Origin: Phoronis australis
Taxonomy: Eukaryota; Animalia; Phoronida
Length of the DNA: 64,000 nt
Reading direction: 5' to 3'
Assembly: GCA_002633005.1 (NCBI GenBank)
Contig: NMRA01000111.1
Location: 800,656 to 864,655 of the forward strand
Positions 35,401 through 47,947 of the stretch are shown here, in pieces. Below the pieces are notes generated by a model that was not told where the DNA came from, did not search any database, and saw nothing but the letters and a program-made list of their open reading frames with translations. The stretch's first letter is position 1. Each line of letters begins with the position of its first letter. A program made the translations under genes and the position numbers.

Positions 35401-37387
35401 TAATGACTTTCATGTCTTTCAGAACAAGGGGTCGACACAGTCCAAGGTTTACTTGCTTTCCTCACATCACTGCTCAATCTGTCTTCATTCCTTTTATTTT
35501 GTGTTTACTTGATTATTGCTTGGCTTGCCCCGGCATGGAGACAAGGCACCAGTCCATTGGAATGCAGAAAGGTATGGTAATATTTTGTGATTCAAACGAG
35601 GTTTATCTCAAATTTCATCTCTCATGTTCAGTTTGATTTCACACCATTTGCCATAATTTAAACCATGGATTTCTATAATACACAGGGTATTTCAAAATTA
35701 TGGAACTGATTACAAAAGCATGTGTGGTCTGATACAGCTGAATTAGAAAGTATATGTAATTCAAACTGGCGTGGAACTATGGGTATCAAAATTTCAAATC
35801 TGGTCAGCACGCCACCCGTTGGCCACATCATGTAACCTAATGGATATAAGTCTGAAAAGATTTCTATTCCTAGAATTAGAAAGTAGGTGCGTCGCAGTTC
35901 CATATTTTTATCAATTCACATTATATGTGTAAAAGCATAACGTCATTCTTGTTTGACATCCACTGCTTTATCTCCGAAAGCCTTTGATGGATGTTCCCCA
36001 TATTTTTCGGACATGTTCCTATTGTAATTGAAATGGCACAAGGCATTTTTTGGATGGACCCAACTACCGGTGTGACCTCTAGTGGCAATTTTAGATTTTT
36101 CTGTTTGCCTCAAGTCTGCAGATTTTCTTGAAATTTGGTAAATAAGCTTCCGTTAAAGACACAATGTCACGAACACATTTACGAATAAATTGACATACTG
36201 TATGTCACCTAAAATATCCATATTTATTGTTTTTGAGTCTTTTACCATATGGATCTTTATCCGACAAACTGCTCTAGCGGCTCTATTGGTCGTTATGAAA
36301 ATTGGCGCGTGTGATCATATTGAGAAGAGCAAAGCTGGAGATGATTTTCGGACAGCCGCTTGACACCTGAATCTACTCAATTGGTAGTAGTATCACCCAT
36401 GATTAAGAATGTATGGTGTAACTCTGTAAAACTGCACTCAATTTATAGCAGTTTAACTAGTACTATCAATCAAATGGAGAACACTGAGGCAGACTCTGTA
36501 AATTTGCACTCGTTGTTTTCTTCAATGCTGTGGAAAATATCTGGATGTTCTTAATTATAGCTCAGTGATGAATAAATTATGTTTCTGTTCTTATGGAACT
36601 TTCATATTAAAAAAACAACATGGGAACTTTTCAACCTAATTCACTGAAGGACCCAGAATTATTTATGACTGAGACGATCCCAGTTTATAATTTATTCACT
36701 GGCATCACATTATGAATGATAATTTGCACCATCTGTAGCTATTGTTACTCAACATTGATTTTTTATGTTAACTGGTACATTGGCACAAGTAAAACATTCC
36801 CAAAGTGTTTATTTCCATTTCAGCTGCTGATTGTCTACAACTTTTCTTTGACCATTCTAAGCACATACACCATGTTAGGCTTCTTACGTGGCTTATGGGA
36901 AGCTGGAGATTTGTTTGGAAGACAAACTAATCCTATTCTACAGCACATCTTCTATATGTACTTTTTATCCAAAGTATTTGAACTGCTAGACACTGTCTTC
37001 ATGATACTACGTCACAAAGAGAGACAAGTCACTTTCCTTCACGTCTTTCACCACTCCTCCATGTTGTTATTTGGTGACTTCACAGCATCTGTGGTACCAT
37101 GGCCAGCTATTGCTCCATTCCTGTGTACAAATTCATTTGTTCATATCATAATGTACTCATACTATGGACTAACTGCTCTCGATCCTCTCAATCCACCTAC
37201 GTGGAAGCGACAAGTGACTCACGTACAGTTGGTGCAATTTATAGTCTTGCTTTTCCATTCTCTATATGGATGGATGTATCATGGGTTCTGTATTTATGGG
37301 GCAGTCTATGCTCTTATTATGATATGTCTCTTTTCACAATTTTACCTTGGAACTTATGTGAAGAAGGAACATGAGCACAAAGATTAA
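32412..37387 (+). CDS. Very-long-chain fatty acid elongase (ELOVL/GNS1-SUR4 family, HVFHH type), ~242 aa, 3 coding exons
   Basis: Exons 32412-32427 (ATGACAACTTTTTATG|gtaag), 35423-35571 and 36824-37387 are phase-consistent (1, then 0). Motifs: KVFELLDT, QVTFLHVFHH, NSFVHIIMYSYY, THVQLVQF. The short first exon is the least certain; the subfamily cannot be assigned without phylogeny. Confidence 0.88.
32548..33060. mobile_element. Diverged arm of the long-TIR family, interrupted by a MITE
   Basis: GCTTTTTGGCGAATTGTGC, CCTTTTG..ATAGAG, CTTAGGAG and AACAAATACTCCCGT match 54380-54530 co-linearly. Confidence 0.6.
32745..32978. mobile_element. MITE family B (CATGCGC[A/G]CACCC termini, 5-bp TSD)
   Basis: TIR CATGCGCACACCC / GGGTGCCTACATG with TSD TAGAG. 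Related copies lie at ~39740-39982 and 63951 to the window end. Confidence 0.8.
33123..33431. mobile_element. MITE family A (reverse orientation)
   Basis: CAGTGGTGGATTTAG ... ATCCGCCCCTG with TSD GAAAC. Confidence 0.85.
35905..36400. mobile_element. Partial, diverged HINE-like element (reverse orientation)
   Basis: Internal units such as TGTGACCTCTAGTGGCAATTTTAG and TTCTTGAAATTTGG match the repeats in 59560-60398. Confidence 0.6.
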
Positions 37388-37980
37388 TTTCTATGGTGCA
37401 ATGTTAGCAAAAACGAGTTCTATTGAGCTAGCACATGTACCGTTTTAAAAAGGATTCTCAACTTTGTTTTGGTAATTTCAACCAGTCCTCTTTTGCCACC
37501 TGCTAATGCCTCTCTGGCGTCCCAGTCACTTGAGGGATGAAAGCAGGATTCAACTAAAAACTCACACCTTCTGCGTCTCATATTCAAGTTGGATATTATG
37601 ATTCTTGGTGGCCAGTTTTTCCCTAGTTGTCGTATAACTGGCCCAAAGCATAGGTTATGTCTACCTGCCTTGCAGCAGACAAAGAAAAACAGTTTTCAAC
37701 TTTTGCTAAAAACTTTTAAGGGTTGTGGTGGGTGGTGGGTTACACGTCATTTTGTTTCAGAGAACTGGATGGGAAGGTCGTTTTAATTATCTGTTAATAG
37801 GCGGAAATGGGGTTCGGTATCCTTTTAAGTTTAAACATGAGAAAGTATGAATACTTTGGTGACTAATGTCATACTTGTTGGAGTGTTTTGTATTTTGCTA
37901 TCAATTTTGTTTCAATAGTATCTATATCAATTTTACATGCTATGTGTTTGGTAGTGAATGTGTGTGAATTGTGGTTTTAA

Positions 37981-38247
37981 AGTGGCATTATTGACAAGGA
38001 AAGTGTTTTTTTGAAATAAGCCTCAGCGCATAAGTGCACCTACAGTCCTTGCATGCACAGCTGGCGGAGCTGCACTCTATAACTAGCAGAGCATTTCAAC
38101 CGCATTAAACTGATGAATAATATCACAAAAGATATGTAATTCTGTTGTTTTGTTGTGCTTGCCAAAGCCTAAGAACTTCTAAATGTCTATCCCATCTAAA
38201 AATAATCACTAAAATGCATTTTTGGCTGTAAAAGCAATAATGTCCCT
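37981..38247. mobile_element. TTAA-flanked MITE (Kolobok-like) downstream of the ELOVL stop codon
   Basis: TTAA|AGTGGCATTATTG ... CAATAATGTCCCT|TTAA. Confidence 0.7.
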
Positions 38248-39739
38248 TTAAAGTTGTGGGTTATCATGAAAAAGCAATTACTGTAGACAGCGTGAACCAT
38301 GGAAATAGAATGAGGAAAAACAAATATCAAAAAAAAATTGAAATAAAACAAACATCAAAACGTTCGTAATATTCTTTTACAGAAGAAATGTGATAACTTT
38401 AATGAAAATACAAATCTTTTATCAACATTTTCATCCAGAAAAAGGCTGACGTTGTGTTTCAGTCTCTTGTCTGAATAACGGGCATCAAACTCAATTTCTC
38501 AAAATCGAGGGTCCCTGTAAGTGACTGTTGCCAAGACAATAACTGGATTGTCACTTTATGTTCGCTACCTGGCTGCCAAAGCAATTAATTAGTTGAAAAT
38601 GCCTCTTCTGTAATCTGGGGTTTATATTTTAGCGAAGTATCAGCAGGAACTTTTGCTTTCCACTTTTAGCACTTCCTTAGTATATTTGATGTTAGACTAA
38701 ATTCTTTGTTAGACAATGTCTGACTTACTGTGTTGCTCTTGGGTAGACCACCAAGTAATTGAAAAACAGAAATGTTCGTCTTGTGATTGAAATATGTTGT
38801 GGTGACCCTGGTATTGATGTTGTGTCCATTGACTGCAGCTAATCTACTGTGATGTATTTTGTAGACTGGTCTATGCAGTATATGAGATTAATTAGACAAG
38901 ACCTGGGAGTATAGTCCTAGGCCAACATTCAACATATACGTCTTCAGCACAATTAAAATAGAAAATTGATAAGTGAGAGTACTCCAGGAGCACTTAATTG
39001 TGATTAGAAAAAGTTAACAGGGTATATTGTGTGCATATAGTTTTTTGTTCTTTACTACAAAAATTCATGTGTTTGTTGTGTCGTTTTTATTCAATAAACA
39101 TGCTTCCAGTTAATTTGTACCACTTCTTGACCTCAGTTATGGGAAGCTGTTTGCTTCTTATTCAAATTTGTCCACTTTTTCAGAGTAATATCACTTATTT
39201 AGTTGCAGAATTTACTGCACGTGCATCTGTGCTCTTCAGACAGTCTTTGACTGGCCACGATGAACTCACCCATTTGTAGGGGTTAGTTTCTGAAACACAA
39301 CCCTTTTGTTGTGGTTAATCCCATAAAGCCAAGTTCAGTTCCTTTCACAGAGATTATTTAGACATTCCAGTTTTAGCCCACCATGCTGAAACTTTATATA
39401 AAAAGAGATGCAATGTTGTCAAAAATGGGTTTATCCTTTGCAACAAATTTTTTAAAGATACTATTACAGATGATATTCAAAATCCTTTGGGCTGTAGGTT
39501 TGAGTAATGAGAAAAAGGAACCCATTCAGAGTTTGGAGCTCTGTTAGTCCTTAACCCTCATTTGTAGGTAATTGTGTCGTAAAAGGCGCCATTTTGTAGG
39601 GAATCTTGTCAGAAAATAAGCCCTTTCGCCAAGGGAAGCATGCCGTGCATAGTCACAATTCTGAGCTGCAGGTCGCGTATGTCAATTTCAAAAGTCACTT
39701 GATTCCGTTATCTCCTATCAGTCAGAGAAGCGCAGCTTT

Positions 39740-39982
39740 CGTGCGCGCACCCCGGAGGGGGGGGGGAGGACGGGGGGGCTCCAATGAGCCCCCCATTTGG
39801 CGAAGTGAGTAAAAAGGTCCGAGAAGACGAGACAAAAGTCCAATAAAAAAGCGCACACGCACAGTTCATAAACCTGAAGGTGGTACCCCGATTTTTTCTT
39901 TAATCTTCTTGCTTTTTTGTTAGCAAAAGGTCTACTTTGTCAGAGTTTCGAGCCCCCATATTAAAGGCTGGGTGCGCGGAGG
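39740..39982. mobile_element. MITE family B copy
   Basis: CGTGCGCGCACCCGGAGGG ... GGCTGGGTGCGCGG. The interior is the reverse complement of parts of 32745-32978. Confidence 0.65.
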
Positions 39983-41230
39983 GTTTTGCATTGAGCTGAA
40001 TCAATTTGCTCTGGAAACCTACCAAACCCCATATCAAGTTTTCTAGTTGTAGTGTTAATTGGAAGTATCTGTGACGGTAAAGTGCTGCTTTTGAAGTGCG
40101 TGTAGACGATACTGCAACATTTTTAGATTGGACCCCCAATAAAATGCCCCGTTCGCAGGTTACCCGCGGCCACACTGAGGATAAATCACCGGCACTGCTA
40201 CTGAGTTTTGTTCTGCCTAGTTATTGTGACTTATCTCCCCTATAAGTTTCGCTACAGTGTATCTATCATGCTTGACCATTGCCCCTTCCAACGCCGAGCG
40301 TCAACAATGTTTCCCCTTGCACTTCCAAATTGTTGTCAGAGGAGGAGTTACCCAGAATCACAGTGAATAGTGATCGAAAATCATAGATACCTTGGAATCT
40401 AGTATAACATGCGGCTGCCAGAATTAACAAATTATTAGCGCGAGCTAAATCGTCACCGACCAACATAACTTTCAAGTAGCATTGCCTTAGAAAATGGCCA
40501 ACCAGGGCCGGGAGAGAATCTTTTTACTCGAAGTAGAATTCGAAATTATTATGTTTTACTTTAGTACAACTTCTGATATAAGTCTATTATTTGTGCTCCA
40601 CTCGAGGTTGGATTGCGAAAGCCTAGTTTGCGCTAGGTGACTCCGTATCAAATGTTCTCACACGATATTAGCAGTCTCGAGTAACTGGGTGTTAAATGGC
40701 TACCCCTAAAGTTCTTAAAGTGAAATTTTTGACATTTTCTCATTTGTGCAGCCGAATGGAAGAAAAAGATAAAACATCAATACTGCCTTTAAGTTTGCTT
40801 ACGTGTAAAACAGACAAAGTTAAAATCAAACCTAAACATGGAAAAAAATCAAACCGTGTACGGGTTAAGACAGAAAGTTATAGCTTTACGCTCTCACTTC
40901 ACAATTGCTAAAAAAGCACATCCAATTAATTAAGAGCGCATCACAGGCTAGATATAATTAGAGGAATTATCTCAGTAACTATAGCAGTTATGTATTCACA
41001 CTTAATTATGCGCCTTTTACCAGAGGGATGGCGTCGATAGTGTTGCATCATCTGATTCAACCTTCAGTTAGCTAGGTATGCTGGTGAGCAAGGTACTTAA
41101 CGAATCCACCTCCAGGAACATCGGTTCAGATCCCATCCTTGACTGTCAAGTGAAAAACAGACAGCTTCCTCTCATGGGAGGAAACGTGTTGTCATGAGCA
41201 TCCTTTTGTCATATACTCAGTACATGAGGT

Positions 41231-41690
41231 TATAGGTTTGGGGAAACTGTACGCTCGTAACGCCGTCAATTACCACGGCGTAAAATTACGCTCGTAATTT
41301 AATCCCGAAAGCGTAAAATTGTGCTCGCAATTTAATTCATTACCGTGTAAATTTACGCTCGTAATTTATCTCTTGACGGATTACGTACTGAGTTGCAACT
41401 CGTGCGTGCGCGTTTGGACCTGAGCAGTGCGGCAATGTCAGTGATTGTGGATGGAAGAAGTCAAACTGCTAGCAACAGAAAGTCATCAGCAAGTCTTCCA
41501 CTCGCAGCCATATTGTTCAATTATTCGTGCATTTTAGGATAACCCCGATTGGTTCTTAAAGTAATCACGAGTGTACTAATTATACGGCGACATCTTCCCC
41601 ATTTAATTTACGAGTGTAATTTTACGGCAACATTTTCTCCATCTGAACTACGAGTGCAATTTTACGGCCAGTCATACATCCCCAAACATT
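41231..41690. mobile_element. Inverted-repeat element with subterminal GTAAAATTACGCTCGTAA repeats
   Basis: Three or four copies of GTAAA[A/T]TTACGCTCGTAA on the left and TACGAGTG[T/C]AATTTTACGGC (the reverse complement) on the right. Confidence 0.6.
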
Positions 41691-42122
41691 CGCCCATAGT
41701 CATATCGCGTTCTGATCAGCCACCGGAGTTCAAGTTGATTCGCACAGAGCAGCTCATGATAACCGAGTGGCGATAGGTGATACTCTTTAAACACCCACGC
41801 GTCCCAGCACTAGGAATCGAAATCATTCATCTCACTCAACAACATGACGACAACCAGATTACAGCTATACATGGATTTGCGCGGACCCTCATCTAATCTT
41901 CCCACCTTAATCGTTGATTGTGTGCTAGACTTACAGCCGACTTTACAAATTTAGGTGGTTTAACAAAATCAGGTTTAAGACTTAAACCAACTAGGAATTC
42001 ATAAACCTGGTACAATATCGTACCTAACTTGCATTTCACAAACGTGGTTTAATGAGCCCGATTTTGTTAGACCAGGGAGCGGGTTTAGTACAACGAGGTT
42101 ATAAGTATCCAAACTAACCTAA

Positions 42123-42239
42123 TAGTGGCGGACTTGGGGGGGGGGGGGGGGGCAANGCAGTCCTACGTTTTAGGCTGGGCGCGCGCATGCGGCGAAATTC
42201 TGGTTATTCCCCCCTAACTCAAAATACTGGATCCCCCTG
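42123..42239. mobile_element. MITE family A, short copy containing an N
   Basis: TAGTGGCGGACTT ... CTAACTCAAAATACTGGATCCCCCTG. Confidence 0.65.
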
Positions 42240-43044
42240 CCTACACTATCGATTTGGATTAACTCAGTCAACAAAGAAACTGTTGAGGTGCTTCAATGTA
42301 ACATTGGACATGTACACAGCATCCTAGCACCAAAGCTCTTGCATTGTAGGTCTGTTTCAAATAAAATGAGCCGAAAAATGCCTGAAAGTTTTTTTTCTTA
42401 ATGAAGACGGTTTTCTCATAAAAATGATCAGAGAAAACGTAAATGTTATAGAGAACGATAAAACTGGCGAGAAATCAAGTCAAAGTAAGCAGCATACCCG
42501 ATGAGGGAGCCAAAGGCGCATCTAGGATATCGTGAGTGGGGTCAAGGCTGTTAATTTTGTGAGTGTGTGCCCAACACACGTACATAGCCTAGTACATGCC
42601 TACGAATAGGCGCAACGTTATTATACGCCCACATGTATGTCCGTGTCATTTTTACTATTTATTCGGCGGCCAAGGGGGGGGGGGAGCGGCAGGACCCGGC
42701 CATGCCCCGTCCCTCTTAAATCCACCATTGAGACCTAAAGCAGGTGGAACACCGAATAAAAAAAAACAAATGATGATGCTGTCGTCAGTCTCGCCAGTCA
42801 ATGACGCTTACAATGAAGACACCCTGCTTTATCAGTCGTCACCTAATAAGTCCGAAGGAAACCCTGCAACTCGTACCGGCCTGTGTTCGAGTCCGTGTCG
42901 TTCTAAATCAAGAAATTAAAAATAGGCAATTTGCGCTCTAAAATTGCGTCGGTGATACACACTGCACAGCGTCTCTCAGCTGCACGGTTGGGCACGCGTA
43001 TGTCGCGCAAGTCTGCCATCTTTAACCGTGTTGGGTCCTATGTA

Positions 43045-43484
43045 ACCAGTGGCCGGTTGCATGATACAGTCCCAAATAGGGACTCAACTAAGGTCCCTAA
43101 GTCTTTTTGCACATTTTGTGTCTTTATGGACGCACAGGTGCAATATTTTTCTATCATGTCATCTTTATTATGATTATTTGATTAATGAAATTTTGTAATA
43201 ATATAAGTAAAAATTGAGCACAGCGTTCATTGAAAATAAATAGGACTCAGTCCTTAAATTGGGGGTGTTGCATGAAAAGATCCCTAATTATTTTCGATAA
43301 TATTGTCAATTCAACGTAGAGTTCACACTCGATTTGTATCAAAGTCAAAAGTTGACTTAGTAATGAAACTAAAACAATACAAAAAAGGGTGATTGATGTT
43401 TTCTCAAGTCCGCAAATAAGCAGTACATTTAGGGACCTTAGTTGAATCCCTATTTGGGACTGTTTCATGCGACCTAGCACTGGT
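43045..43484. mobile_element. MITE with ~55-bp TIRs
   Basis: GCATGATACAGTCCCAAATAGGGACTCAACTAAGGTCCCTAA pairs with TTAGGGACCTTAGTTGAATCCCTATTTGGGACTGTTTCATGC. Confidence 0.8.
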
Positions 43485-44031
43485 CTCTACATTAAGTTAT
43501 ACCTGACATAGATCTCGTTTGCGAAATGAAACCGGTTTTGACTAGGTCTAAACTGGAGTTTAATCAGGTTTTACAAGACCACTGGTCTTAAAGTTAAACC
43601 ACCTTTACGAAATCCAGATTGTTTTTACACCTGGTCCACGTCTAATTTAAACCAGGTTTAACTTTAAAACACCTTTGTGAAATCTGCTGCTAATGTCTGC
43701 GTCTCCGATTCTGCTTGTCAGCTATGACGATGGTTAAGTTATATCCGACACGTCTGTTTGTAGATATTTGTGTAAATATGTTTAACCTTTCATCATCACG
43801 TCCCTATTATCCTATGTTTTTAAGCAAGACTGTAACAGGCAATGCAGAAATTGAAAACATGTTTTTCATTTTCAAACTTAATTTTTTACCAAGACGTGAA
43901 TAAGTACTGCAGTTGGACTTTTTAATCAGATTTTGACGAATAAAGGGCAATCCAAATCTCCAAGCTCAGCAGCATATCACAGTCAAAGATGGGGTCAAGT
44001 AGAAATCATACCTAAAGACAAGGGAAAGAGG

Positions 44032-44145
44032 CAACTCCGTCCATACAATACAACTCCGTCCATACAATACAACTTCGTCCATTCAATATAACTCCGTCCA
44101 TACAATACAACTCCGTCCATACAATACAATTCCGTCCATTCAATA
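44032..44145. repeat. 19-bp minisatellite x6
   Basis: (CAACTCCGTCCATACAATA)6 with minor variants. Confidence 0.9.
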
Positions 44146-44463
44146 CAATAGAGTGCACTTGTTCCTTAGCTGGTGAAAGATTGTAATGGTGAGGAAATAA
44201 CTTTTATCCAACAAGTGTGACATAAAAGCAACTTTAGAAAAATGACACAGTGAGTTTCATGATTATTGACCACGTAGCAAATGAACAATTTAGGTTTTCA
44301 TTTTAACTTCATTACCAAACAACTCTGGCCTATCTTTTATTATCAGGAACATAGATTAATTTGCAACAAAAGTTATCAAAATGAATGGAAAAGATTGACA
44401 ACTAAAACGTTTTCAGGTACATATAATTTTCAAGATAAACAAAGCAACGATTTCACACCTTAA

Positions 44464-44987
44464 AGAGGCCTGGAACGCAATAAACAGGCTAAATTTCAAT
44501 ATTCAAAGTGGTTTTCTGCCACTCAAAACAGAATTCAATCTGCTCACCAAGTATTTTTAGGGTTTGTTGGTAAAGATTTTTAATATCTGTTGATATCAAA
44601 TCGTTTTCTTTTAGTTTTAAATTAAAAAACGACCTGTCCTTTTGTAGATTTTTCTTCCACAAGGCAAAGCACATCTCCTAATTTGGTATGGCAAGACATA
44701 GACTTAGCACATTTCCCTAATATAGAAAATGTGACCTTTGACCTCAAGCGACTTCAAGCAACTGACTGTGAGCGCATTTATCATAAGTGGGAGGGAGATT
44801 AGAAACTCTGCGGTAACCATAGAGTTTTTCCTTTGCGCGTATTTCGAAAAAATTAATTTTGTGATTTTTTCTGGAAATTTCCTGACGGGAAAGTTAATTA
44901 CTCTGTACTACAGGTTGCAAGATGGTACTTTCCTCAGGAATTGTTTATAAAAGATATTTTTGACGACCTTTTGCATTCCATGCCTCT
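44464..44987. mobile_element. TTAA-flanked MITE (Kolobok-like)
   Basis: TTAA|AGAGGCCTGGAACGCAA ... TTGCATTCCATGCCTCT|TTAA. Confidence 0.75.
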
Positions 44988-47131
44988 TTAACTCATTGGG
45001 ATTTCACACAAATCTCTATGTTAAACATCATTTTAACAAATGAAGCACAATTTTGCCGTGATTAGATGGCTAGAAACAAAAACCAAAATTAAGCCTTGTA
45101 CTCCTATACCATCAGTTTCATAATATTCCAACTCAAGTCACAAGCACTGTCTGCACATGCCACTTTGGAATTGGCAATTTTAGGCTTAGCCAACCCCAAT
45201 AAACTGAAGTTTTTCTTGGGTCGCTGATGGTTTTGATGTTGCTGTGACAAGTTAAATAGAATTCTATCAAGGTAAAAAATATTAGGAGACTAATTCTATG
45301 AGAGTAAAATGCCTCATTCTATTTTTTTAATCTGTTTGGAGTTAAACAAGGCGAAATGCAGCTCTAAATAAAGACAGCACTAAAATTACTTCTCATTTTA
45401 CATTATACATTTGAATTTCAAATTAATTTACTTTAAAACAACGGATGACGTATCTGGCCATTTCCTGTCTACAACACCATGTCAAAAACCAGGACTACCA
45501 CACCAATTCACTTCAAAGATATCTTAAGATTGTTGGTAGATAGGCAACCCAGGATTCGCACCCCAGAGAACTGATCTAGTACAAACGAACACTAACCAAA
45601 GTTCAATGTTTCATAACTAGTGTGCATGGAAGATTGAGTGACCTTTTGCCATTTTGTACCTGAGATTGGAACAAATTCTGAGCTCTGTGTCTACATACAA
45701 CGAGCTTTATACTGTTACTCAACATGATAACATATGTGCATGATTACATACTCAACATTTGAGCATGTACCATTAGTATTACAGGTCAAATATACGTGAC
45801 TAGAGAAGTAACCGCGGAGACCATCAACTCAATTTATAGCACAAAAAGTCTCACAAACTTACCCTGGAGAATAACAAGTAACAGTGCACACTAAATTACC
45901 AATATCTGCAGAATTATGCCCACACTCTGCCGTGCAAGTGTACCCAGTTCACATGCACTCCTTCGCTCATAGTTGAGATCAACCACCACCAGTTGAGGTC
46001 TGGTCTAAACTTGTGTATCCAATCTACATTGCTTCACTGCCCAGTACATTTTTTGATGGGAATGATGTTTAATGTCTGGTTACACATCTGCTATGGGCAC
46101 TAGTTGTCAGTGCAAATATCAATTAAGGGCATTATTAAAATGTAACAAAGTATTGCAAACGATGCAGTAACACAGCCATTTTCAATACAATCTCTTTAGA
46201 AAATGAATGCTGAATGTGAGCCATGAGCTAGTGTTCCAATCAATAAGACTCCACAGTGGCTCAATACTATAACCATTGTTAATCATTGGCCAGGGCATCT
46301 TTTGAATACATCACAAGTTGAGCGAGGATTAGAAACACTGGCTTACATTGATCAACTGAACTGGACCTGAATGTTAGTCAACTGAGACATTAAATGTGGC
46401 CAAGTCCATCTCAAAACAATGGCAGGTTCAGTGGCATGCAGTCACAACAACCAAGAAATGTTTTTGAACACTCCTTGCTAATACCTAAAGGAATGTTCAG
46501 CAATGCCACAACAGATCGTGACATGTTATCACACTTACATCTGTGATTGACAATTTAAAACTCAATACATAAAAATTTGACAAACGTAAGTCTCGTATAT
46601 CATTTTTGGTAATTAAATTCCTGGAATGATCCATTCATGAGCTTCCTAATACACACAAATAATTGCTAACACCTCATAATTAAACAATAACATGAAATTT
46701 TCTATCAAAAACATGGTTGCAGCAGTACTCTTAGCCTTGTACATGCGAAAAAAACATGAAATAATCGTTTCATGATTAAAATTTTAAAAGCAATGCATTC
46801 ACCTTGCGAGTTTTGCAGTCTCTGCGTATGGAGGTGACAACAGCTCCACATCCACAATAGTGCATATTTCATGTTTATTAGATTTGTCAATTATTATTAT
46901 TAAGCTTTCTTTGATGGGCTTTCAATCCAGCTTGTGGTCTCGGCTTGTCTTCACTCACCGATCCAATAGCCATCATTCAAAAGCATAGCCTAGCTTTCTG
47001 CACAATATTCAGTAATATCTATGCTCCTGAGTACCAGAAGAACAGCAGTACTTTCTAATATTGCTTAATCCACCAAAATAATTGTGAGTAACTAACCAGT
47101 TACATTATGCATTTTGTTTTGCATATTCGTG

Positions 47132-47947
47132 TTACTTCTGTTTCTTGGCATAGTCTTTAGGCTTCATATAGGCATTGTAGAAAAACTGTGCAAACAAGAA
47201 AAAGTAGCTCAAATACATCAGGGTCGAGTAACGTAAATTTTCATACGACTGACTGCATTTTTCACCATCAACTTTGATCTGGTAAACCCATATGTTAACG
47301 ATTGATCCAACGACCATTTGAGATATCTGCATCACAGTGATCACCATGTTCACTTGAACAGGAATGCGGAACCACCTCAGTGCTCTAGCAGCGTAATACG
47401 AATACATGAAAGCATGGACCGTGTAGTTCATACACATGAACCAGCGACCAGGGGCAGTTTTCTCTGTGTAACTATACCACACGTAGATTAGAACACTAAT
47501 ATGATGGTACCAGTGAAGAAATATTAGGTGCTGCTTTCTGAGGATGATAAATATTGTATCGCCAAGTTCATAGACTTTCGACACGGTAAACATAAACGCC
47601 CAGAACGCTGTCACTTTATCATCAAAGTAACTCGGTACACAGACAGAGTACTTTACGCCATGATCGCGTGTCACACGAATCAGTTCAGGAACGGTGCGCA
47701 CGGCTCCGAATATGCTAAATAGTGCCAAAGTTAAACTCCATAGAAACAAGAAGGGGCGTAAATCGTAGCCTTTTTTGTTTTGCATGTACCATTTTCCACC
47801 GAATACGACGACGACGTACGCTGCCGAGGCAACGTAACACAGAGTCCAGTTTACATCCATCCACTGCCTGAATTTGTTATCTTCCCACTGTCTTTCGAAT
47901 TCAAAGACTACCGAAAAATTTGAAATGTTGGAAGTTTCAATTGCCAT
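47132..47947 (-). CDS. ELOVL6: Elongation of very long chain fatty acids protein 6-like (ELOVL3/6 subfamily), single coding exon, 271 aa
   Basis: Uninterrupted ORF with SKVYELGDTIFIILRKQHLIFLHWYHH, MNYTVHAFMYSYY, ITVMQISQM and a C-terminal KKxx (AKKQK). The HWYHH box is typical of ELOVL3/6. Confidence 0.93.
   Translation of the reverse strand: MAIETSNISNFSVVFEFERQWEDNKFRQWMDVNWTLCYVASAAYVVVVFGGKWYMQNKKGYDLRPFLFLWSLTLALFSIFGAVRTVPELIRVTRDHGVKYSVCVPSYFDDKVTAFWAFMFTVSKVYELGDTIFIILRKQHLIFLHWYHHISVLIYVWYSYTEKTAPGRWFMCMNYTVHAFMYSYYAARALRWFRIPVQVNMVITVMQISQMVVGSIVNIWVYQIKVDGEKCSQSYENLRYSTLMYLSYFFLFAQFFYNAYMKPKDYAKKQK

Larger units (their letters stand above)
41935..43690. mobile_element. Probable outer Harbinger-like non-autonomous element hosting nested MITEs
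   Basis: Loose termini CAGCCGACTTTACAAA / TTTGTGAAATCTGCTG, with AAACC/GGTTT-rich subterminal repeats at both ends. Confidence 0.45.
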
